A stretch of 47,589 bases of DNA, taken from IMG/VR virus record IMGVR_UViG_2706794673_000013; one strand, written 5' to 3'. The translations under genes were made by a program, and so were the position numbers. The notes under the pieces are model-generated. The model was not told the origin of the DNA, made no database searches, and was given only the letters and a program-made list of their open reading frames with translations. How positions within the stretch are numbered: position 1 is the stretch's first letter; the number at the start of each line of letters is the position of its first letter. This stretch comes from a virus. Taxonomy: Duplodnaviria > Heunggongvirae > Uroviricota > Caudoviricetes. Positions 40,051 to 47,589 of the stretch are shown piece by piece.

Positions 40051-40748
40051 TGCAGGATATCCGGCAGGAAACACTGAATGAATGCACCCGTGCGGAGCAG
40101 TCGGCCAGCGTGGTGCTCTGGGAAATCGATCTGACAGAGGTCGGTGGAGAACGTTATTTTTTCTGTAATGAGCAGAACGAAAAAGGTGAGCCGGTCACCT
40201 GGCAGGGGCGACAGTATCAGCCGTATCCCATTCAGGGGAGTGGTTTTGAACTGAATGGCAAAGGCACCAGTACGCGCCCCACGCTGATGGTTTCTAACCT
40301 GTACGGTATGGTCACCGGGATGGCGGAAGATCTACAGAGTCTGGTCGGCGGAACGGTGGTCCGGCGTAAGGTTTACGCCCGTTTTCTGGATGCGGTGAAC
40401 TTCGTCAACGGAAACAGTGACGCCGATCCGGAGCAGGAGGTGATCAGCCGCTGGCGCATTGAGCAGTGCAGCGAACTGAGCGCGGTGAGTGCCTCTTTTG
40501 TACTGTCCACGCCGACGGAAACAGATGGCGCTGTTTTTCCGGGACGTATCATGCTGGCCAACACCTGCACCTGGACCTATCGCGGCGATGAGTGCGGTTA
40601 TCACGGTCCGGCGGTCGCGGATGAATATGACCAGCCAACGTCCGACATCACGAAGGATAAATGCAGCAAATGCCTGAGTGGCTGTAAGTTTCGCAATAAC
40701 GTCGGCAACTTTGGCGGCTTCCTTTCCATTAACAAACTTTCGCAGTAA
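40050..40748 (+). CDS. L: Minor tail protein L (lambda-like)
   Basis: 232-aa ORF MQDIRQETLNECTRAEQSASVVLWEIDLTEVGGERYFFCNEQNEKGEPVTWQGRQYQPYPIQGSGFELNGKG..., near-identical to lambda gpL; C-terminal Cys cluster. Confidence 0.9.
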   Translation: MQDIRQETLNECTRAEQSASVVLWEIDLTEVGGERYFFCNEQNEKGEPVTWQGRQYQPYPIQGSGFELNGKGTSTRPTLMVSNLYGMVTGMAEDLQSLVGGTVVRRKVYARFLDAVNFVNGNSDADPEQEVISRWRIEQCSELSAVSASFVLSTPTETDGAVFPGRIMLANTCTWTYRGDECGYHGPAVADEYDQPTSDITKDKCSKCLSGCKFRNNVGNFGGFLSINKLSQ

Positions 40749-40753
40749 ATCCC

Positions 40754-41790
40754 ATGACACAGACAGAATCAGCGATTCTGGCGCACGCCCGGCGATGTGC
40801 GCCAGCGGAGTCGTGCGGCTTCGTGGTGAGAACACCGGAGGGGGAAAGATATTTTCCCTGCGTGAATATTTCCGGTGAGCCGGAGGAGTATTTCCGGATG
40901 GCTCCGGAGGACTGGCTGCAGGCAGAGATGCAGGGTGAGATTGTGGCGCTGGTCCACAGCCACCCCGGTGGTCTGCCCTGGCTGAGTGAGGCCGACCGGC
41001 GGCTGCAGGTGCAGAGTGATTTGCCGTGGTGGCTGGTCTGCCGGGGGGCGATTCACAAGTTCCGCTGTGTGCCACATCTTACCGGGCGGCGCTTTGAGCA
41101 CGGGGTGACGGACTGTTACACGCTGTTCCGGGATGCTTACCATCTGGCGGGGATTGAGATGCCGGATTTTCATCGTGAGGATGACTGGTGGCGTCACGGT
41201 CANNNNNNNNNNNNNNNNNNNNNNNNNNNNNNNNNNNNNNNNNNNNNNNNNNNNNNNNNNNNNNNNNNNNNNNNNNNNNNNNNNNNNNNNNNNNNNNNNN
41301 NNNNNNNNNNNNNNNNNNNNNNNNNNNNNNNNNNNNNNNNNNNNNNNNNNNNNNNNNNNNNNNNNNNNNNNNNNNNNNNNNNNNNNNNNNNNNNNNNNNN
41401 NNNNNNNNNNNNNNNNNNNNNNNNNNNNNNNNNNNNNNNNNNNNNNNNNNNNTGCCAGATTTTCATCGTGAGGACGACTGGTGGCGTAATGGTCAGAATC
41501 TCTATCTGGATAATCTGGAGGCTACAGGGCTGTATCAGGTGCCGTTGTCAACGGCGCAGCCGGGCGATGTGCTGCTGTGCTGTTTTGGTTCATCGGTGCC
41601 GAATCATGCCGCCATTTACTGTGGTGACGGCGAGCTGCTGCACCATATTCCTGAACAACTGAGCAAACGAGAGAGGTATACCGACAAATGGCAGCGACGC
41701 ACACACTCCCTCTGGCGTCACCGGGCATGGCACGCATCTGCCTTTACGGGGATTTGCAGCGATTTGGCCGCCGCATCGACCTTCGTGTGA
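40754..41790 (+). CDS. K: Tail assembly protein K (lambda-like; interrupted by N run 41203-41452 with flanking duplicate sequence)
   Basis: MTQTESAILAHARRCAPAESCGFVV... matches lambda gpK; the peptide PDFHREDDWWR(H/N)G is encoded on both sides of the N run, indicating a duplicated or unresolved join. Confidence 0.75.
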
Positions 41791-42335
41791 AAACGGGGGC
41801 CGAAGCCATCCGGGCACTGGCCACACAGCTCCCGGCATTTCGTCAGAAACTGAGCGACGGCTGGTATCAGGTGCGCATTGCCGGGCGTGATGCAGGCGAA
41901 AATGAATTATCTGCCCGTCTTAATGAACCGCTGGCAAATGGTGCCGTGATCCACATCGTTCCGCGTCTGGCGGGTGCCAAAAGTGGCGGTGTGTTTCAGG
42001 CGGTGCTGGGTGCGGCGCTGATTGCGGTGGCATGGTGGAACCCTGTGGGCTGGCTGGGGGCCGCGGCTGTATCGGGTATGTATGCAGCAGGGGCCAGTAT
42101 GATCCTGGGTGGTGTGGCGCAGATGCTGGCACCGAAAGCCAGGACGCCCACGGCAGCCAGTACAGATAACGGCAAACAGAACACGTATTTCTCGTCACTG
42201 GATAACATGGTTGCCCAGGGTAATGTTCTGCCTGTTCTGTACGGGGAAATGCGCGTGGGGTCACGTGTGGTTTCTCAGGAGATCAGCACGGCAGACGAAG
42301 GGGATGGTGGTCAGGTTGTGGTGATTGGTCGCTGA
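41688..42335 (+). CDS. I: Tail assembly protein I (lambda-like)
   Basis: 215-aa ORF MAATHTLPLASPGMARICLYGDLQRFGRRIDLRVKTGAEAIRALATQLPAF..., overlapping end of K as in lambda. Confidence 0.85.
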   Translation: MAATHTLPLASPGMARICLYGDLQRFGRRIDLRVKTGAEAIRALATQLPAFRQKLSDGWYQVRIAGRDAGENELSARLNEPLANGAVIHIVPRLAGAKSGGVFQAVLGAALIAVAWWNPVGWLGAAAVSGMYAAGASMILGGVAQMLAPKARTPTAASTDNGKQNTYFSSLDNMVAQGNVLPVLYGEMRVGSRVVSQEISTADEGDGGQVVVIGR

Positions 42336-42395
42336 TGCAAAATGTTTTATGAGAAACCGCCTGCGGGCGGTTTTGTCGTTTATGGAGCGTGAGGA

Positions 42396-45300
42396 ATGGG
42401 TAAAGGCAGCAGTAAGGGGCATACCCCGCGCGNNNNNNNNNNNNNNNNNNNNNNNNNNNNNNNNNNNNNNNNNNNNNNNNNNNNNNNNNNNNNNNNNNNN
42501 NNNNNNNNNNNNNNNNNNNNNNNNNNNNNNNNNNNNNNNNNNNNNNNNNNNNNNNNNNNNNNNNNNNNNNNNNNNNNNNNNNNNNNNNNNNNNNNNNNNN
42601 NNNNNNNNNNNNNNNNNNNNNNNNNNNNNNNNNNNNNNNNNNNNNNNNNNNNNNNNNNNNNNNNNNNNNNNNNNNNNNNNNNNNNNNNNGGAAAAAGACA
42701 TCACCATTAAGGGCAAAACCACCTCGCAGTATCTGGTCTCGGTGGTGGTGGATAACCTGCCTCCGCGCCCGTTCAGTATCCGGATGCGCAGGATGACACC
42801 GGACAGCACCACAGACCAGCTGCAGAACAAAACGCTCTGGTCGTCATACACCGAAATCATCGATGTGAAACAGTGCTACCCGAACACTGCACTGGTCGGC
42901 GTACAGGTGGACTCGGAGCAGTTCGGCAGCCAGCAGGTGAGTCGTAATTATCATCTTCGCGGGCGCATTCTGCAGGTGCCGTCGAACTATAACCCGCAGA
43001 CGCGACAATACAGCGGTATCTGGGACGGAACGTTAAAACCAGCATACAGCAACAACATGGCCTGGTGTCTGTGGGATATGCTGACCCACCCGCGCTACGG
43101 CATGGGGAAACGTCTTGGTGCGGCGGATGTGGACAAATGGGCGCTGTATGTCATCGGCCAGTACTGCGACCNNNNNNNNNNNNNNNNNNNNNNNNNNNNN
43201 NNNNNNNNNNNNNNNNNNNNNNNNNNNNNNNNNNNNNNNNNNNNNNNNNNNNNNNNNNNNNNNNNNNNNNNNNNNNNNNNNNNNNNNNNNNNNNNNNNNN
43301 NNNNNNNNNNNNNNNNNNNNNNNNNNNNNNNNNNNNNNNNNNNNNNNNNNNNNNNNNNNNNNNNNNNNNNNNNNNNNNNNNNNNNNNNNNNNNNNNNNNN
43401 NNNNNNNNNNNNNNNNNNNNNGCCGTTGAGGTGAACTGGATTGACCCGGATAACGGCTGGGAGACGGCGACAGAGCTTGTGGAGGATACGCAGGCCATTG
43501 CCCGTTACGGTCGTAACGTCACGAAGATGGATGCTTTTGGCTGTACCAGCCGGGGGCAGGCACACCGCGCCGGGCTGTNNNNNNNNNNNNNNNNNNNNNN
43601 NNNNNNNNNNNNNNNNNNNNNNNNNNNNNNNNNNNNNNNNNNNNNNNNNNNNNNNNNNNNNNNNNNNNNNNNNNNNNNNNNNNNNNNNNNNNNNNNNNNN
43701 NNNNNNNNNNNNNNNNNNNNNNNNNNNNNNNNNNNNNNNNNNNNNNNNNNNNNNNNNNNNNNNNNNNNNNNNNNNNNNNNNNNNNNNNNNNNNNNNNNNN
43801 NNNNNNNNNNNNNNNNNNNNNNNNNNNNGAGCCGTGTTCCTGACGGCGTTGCTGAATACAGCGTGTGGGGGCTGAAGCTGCCGACGTTGCGCCAGCGCCT
43901 GTTCCGCTGTGNNNNNNNNNNNNNNNNNNNNNNNNNNNNNNNNNNNNNNNNNNNNNNNNNNNNNNNNNNNNNNNNNNNNNNNNNNNNNNNNNNNNNNNNN
44001 NNNNNNNNNNNNNNNNNNNNNNNNNNNNNNNNNNNNNNNNNNNNNNNNNNNNNNNNNNNNNNNNNNNNNNNNNNNNNNNNNNNNNNNNNNNNNNNNNNNN
44101 NNNNNNNNNNNNNNNNNNNNNNNNNNNNNNNNNNNNNNNNNNNNNNNNNNNNNNNNNNNNNNNNNNNNNNNNNNNNNNNNNNNNNNNNNNNNNNNNNNNN
44201 NNNNNNNNNNNNNNNNNNNNNNNNNNNNNNNNNNNNNNNNNNNNNNNNNNNNNNNNNNNNNNNNNNNNNTTGACCCGGATAACGGCTGGGAGACGGCGAC
44301 AGAGCTTGTGGAGGATACGCAGGCCATTGTCCGTTACGGTCGTAACGTCACGAAGATGGATGCCTTTGGCTGTACCAGCCGGGGGCAGGCACACCGCGCC
44401 GGGCTGTGGCTGATTAAAACGGAACTGCTGGAGACGNNNNNNNNNNNNNNNNNNNNNNNNNNNNNNNNNNNNNNNNNNNNNNNNNNNNNNNNNNNNNNNN
44501 NNNNNNNNNNNNNNNNNNNNNNNNNNNNNNNNNNNNNNNNNNNNNNNNNNNNNNNNNNNNNNNNNNNNNNNNNNNNNNNNNNNNNNNNNNNNNNNNNNNN
44601 NNNNNNNNNNNNNNNNNNNNNNNNNNNNNNNNNNNNNNNNNNNNNNNNNNNNNNNNNNNNNNNNNNNNNNNNNNNNNNNNNNNNNNGTAAAAGTGAGCCG
44701 TGTTCCTGACGGTGTTGCTGAATACAGCGTGTGGGGGCTGAAGCTGCCGACGCTGCACCAGCGATTGTTCCGCTGCGTGAGTATCCGTGAGAACGACGAC
44801 GGCACGTATGCCATCACCGCCGTGCAGCATGTGCCGGAAAAAGAAGCCATCGTGGATAACGGGGCGCACTTTGACGGCGACCAGAGCGGCACGGTGAATG
44901 GTGTCACGCCGCCAGCGGTGCAGCACCTGACTGCCGAAGTCACCGCAGACAGCGGGGAATATCAGGTGCTGGCGCGCTGGGACACGCCGAAGGTGGTGAA
45001 GGGGGTGAGCTTTATGCTTCGCCTGACCGTGGCAGCGGATGACGGCAGTGAGCGGCTGGTCAGCACGGCCCGGACGACGGAAACCACATACCGCTTCACG
45101 CAACTGGCGCTGGGACGGTACACGCTGACAGTCCGGGCGGTAAATGCCTGGGGACAGCAGGGCGATCCGGCGTCGGTATCGTTCAGGATTGCCGCACCGG
45201 TAGCACCGTCGCGGATTGAGCTGACGCCGGGCTATTTTCAGATAACTGCCACGCCGCATCTTGCGGTTTATGATCCGACGGTACAGTTTGAGTTCTGGTT

Positions 45301-46471
45301 CTCGGAAACGCGGATTACCGATATCAGGCAGGTTGAAACCACAGCCCGCTACCTTGGCGCGGGGCTGTACTGGATAGCCGCCAGTATCAATATCAAACCG
45401 GGCCATGATTATTACTTTTATATCCGCAGTGTGAACACCGTTGGCAAATCGGCATTCGTGGAGGCCGTCGGTCGGGCGAGCGATGATGCGGAAGGTTACC
45501 TGGATTTTTTCAAAGGCAAGATAACCGAATCCCATCTCGGTAAAGAGCTGCTGGAAAAAGTTGATCTGACGGAGGATAACGCCAGCAGACTGGATGAGTT
45601 TTCGAAAGAGTGGAAGGACGCTAACGATAAATGGAATGCGATGTGGGGCGTCAAAATTGAGCAGACCAAAGACGGCAAACATTATGTCGCGGGTATTGGC
45701 CTCAGCATGGAGGACACGGAGGAAGGCAAGCTGAGCCAGTTTCTGGTTGCCGCCAATCGTATCGCGTTTATTGACCCGGCAAACGGGAATGAAACGCCGA
45801 TGTTTGTGGCGCAGGGCAACCAGATATTCATGAACGACGTGTTCCTGAAGCGCCTGACAGCCCCCGCCATTACCAGCGGTGGCAGTCCTCCGGTATTTTC
45901 CCTGACATCAGACGGAAAGCTGACCGCTAAAAATGCGGATATCAGTGGTAGTGTGAATGCGAACTCAGGAACGCTCAACAATGTCACGATTAACCAGAAC
46001 TGTACGATTAAGGGCATGCTGGAGGCGACCCAGGTCAGAGGGGATTTCGTTAAAGCTGTATCAAAAGCCTTCCCGAAAAAAGTCGGTACGTGGGGTAACA
46101 CGGAAACACCAGACGGTACGGTTACAGTCACCATCAGCGATGATCATAACTTTGACCGCCAGATTATTATTCCGCCCATTATTTTTAACGGTATAGCGTA
46201 TGACGATCCGGGGAGCGGAAATAACCCGGGAGGCACGCGATACACGGGTTATGGTTTTGAAGTTCGCAAAAACGGCGTATTAATCGCATCCAGAGAAACT
46301 AAAGGTGCCATTCCCGGTAGTTACAGTGCAGTTATTGATATGCCTAGTGGTGGTGGTAGCGTCACTCTGGAGTTTAAGATTTTCCAGAAAGGCAATCAGG
46401 GGGCAGGCAATATCACCGACTGTACGGTGATTGTGACCAAAAAAGCGGCTTCCGGCATCAGTATTCGTTGA
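42396..46471 (+). CDS. J: Tail tip/host specificity protein J (lambda-like N-terminal and central parts; divergent C-terminus; interrupted by six N runs and internal repeats)
   Basis: Starts [12 protein letters not shown] as lambda gpJ; central segments ([14 protein letters not shown]..., ...[26 protein letters not shown]..., ...[21 protein letters not shown]...) match lambda J; last about 170 aa differ from lambda J as recalled. Confidence 0.75.
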
Positions 46472-46493
46472 AATATTTATAACCCCAATAAAT

Positions 46494-46517
46494 GGCGTCA
46501 GGAATGACGCCTTTTTT
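46494..46517 (+). terminator. Intrinsic terminator after J
   Basis: GGCGTCA-GGAA-TGACGCC hairpin followed by TTTTTT. Confidence 0.65.
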
Positions 46518-46541
46518 ATTGCAGAAAAGCGAGAGGTAATT

Positions 46542-47141
46542 ATGCGTAAAGTTTGTGCAGCCATTTTGTCCGCAGCCATTTGCCTGGCCGTATCCGGTGC
46601 GCCTGCATGGGCGTCTGAACATCAGTCCACGCTGAGCGCGGGGTATCTTCATGCCCGGACCAACGTTCCCGGCAGTGATGATCTGAACGGGATTAACGTG
46701 AAATACCGTTATGAGTTTACGGATACGCTGGGGCTGGTGACGTCATTCAGCTATGCAGGAGACAAGAATCGCCAGCTGACCCGTTACAGCGATACCCGCT
46801 GGCATGAAGATTCCGTGCGTAACCGCTGGTTCAGCGTGATGGCGGGGCCGTCTGTGCGCGTGAATGAATGGTTCAGCGCGTATGCGATGGCGGGTGTGGC
46901 TTACAGCCGTGTGTCGACTTTCTCCGGGGATTATCTCCGCGTAACTGACAACAAGGGGAAAACGCACGACGTGCTGACCGGAAGTGATGACGGTCGCCAC
47001 AGCAACACGTCTCTGGCGTGGGGAGCTGGCGTGCAGTTTAACCCGACCGAATCCGTGGCCATTGATATTGCTTATGAAGGCTCCGGCAGTGGCGACTGGC
47101 GCACTGACGGTTTCATCGTGGGTGTCGGTTATAAGTTCTGA
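46542..47141 (+). CDS. lom: Outer membrane protein Lom (Ail/Lom family)
   Basis: 199-aa ORF with signal peptide (MRKVCAAILSAAICLAVSGAPAWA) and beta-barrel pattern ending ...GFIVGVGYKF; matches lambda Lom. Confidence 0.9.
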   Translation: MRKVCAAILSAAICLAVSGAPAWASEHQSTLSAGYLHARTNVPGSDDLNGINVKYRYEFTDTLGLVTSFSYAGDKNRQLTRYSDTRWHEDSVRNRWFSVMAGPSVRVNEWFSAYAMAGVAYSRVSTFSGDYLRVTDNKGKTHDVLTGSDDGRHSNTSLAWGAGVQFNPTESVAIDIAYEGSGSGDWRTDGFIVGVGYKF

Positions 47142-47177
47142 TTAGCCAGGTAACACAGTGTTATGACAGCCCGCCGG

Positions 47178-47205
47178 TTCAGGCGGGCTTTTTTGTGGGG
47201 TGAAT
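47178..47205 (+). terminator. Intrinsic terminator after lom
   Basis: AGCCCGCC-GGTTCA-GGCGGGCT hairpin followed by TTTTTT. Confidence 0.65.
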
Positions 47206-47215
47206 ATGGCAGTAA

Positions 47216-47589
47216 AGATTTCAGGTGTACTGAAAGACGGCACAGGAAAACCGGTACAGAACTGCACAATCCAGCTGAAAGCAAAACGTAACAGCACCAC
47301 GGTGGTGGTGAACACGCTGGCCTCAGAAAATCCGGATGAAGCCGGGCGTTACAGCATGGACGTTGAGTACGGTCAGTACAGCGTTATTCTGTTGGTGGAA
47401 GGATTCCCGCCGTCACATGCCGGGACCATCACCGTGTATGAAGATTCCCGACCCGGTACGCTGAATGATTTTCTCGGTGCCATGACGGAGGATGATGCCC
47501 GTCCGGAGGCTCTGCGCCGTTTTGAACTGATGGTGGAAGAGGTGGCGCGTAACGCGTCCGCGGTGGCACAGAACACGGCAGCCGCGAAG
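47216..47589 (+). CDS. stf: Side tail fibre protein Stf, N-terminal part (truncated by window end)
   Basis: MAVKISGVLKDGTGKPVQNCTIQLKAKRNSTTVVVNTLASENPDEAGRYSMDVEYGQYSVILLVEGFPPSHAGTITVYEDS... matches the N-terminus of lambda Stf; no stop before the window ends. Confidence 0.8.

Overview
This window is essentially one near-complete Rac-like lambdoid prophage of an Escherichia/Shigella-type genome, read from its integrase end towards the tail fibres. Gene order: integrase and excisionase (minus strand, window start) – ydaC/ralR – recT/recE – racC/ydaE/kilR – sieB – ydaG/ydaF – immunity switch (XRE-type repressor divergent from a Cro-like gene and ydaT) – replication genes ydaU/ydaV(DnaC-like)/ydaW-like – an AT-rich accessory island (about 11.8–15.0 kb) – DUF1367/DUF1364/Q-like antiterminator – two TolA-C-terminal-domain-like lipoprotein genes in the late-operon moron position – lysis cassette (S21-type pinholin, SAR endolysin, Rz with embedded Rz1) – trkG – ParB-like protein and a DxD-motif protein – terminase, portal, head morphogenesis, scaffold, major capsid – head-tail joining genes – major tail, G/GT chaperone with an A_AAA_AAG frameshift site, tape measure – lambda-like M/L/K/I/J, lom, and the start of stf. 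The strongest candidate for an undescribed system is the AT-rich two-gene cassette at 11958–13936, with a possible HEPN-like R-x4-H motif in the first protein and a GNAT-like motif in the second. Thirteen runs of N (mostly about 250 nt) interrupt the sequence, several flanked by near-identical repeats in the tail region, so some apparent duplications (M/L module, J segments, K) may be assembly artefacts. All product calls rest on reading the translated ORFs and recalled family signatures; no database search was run.
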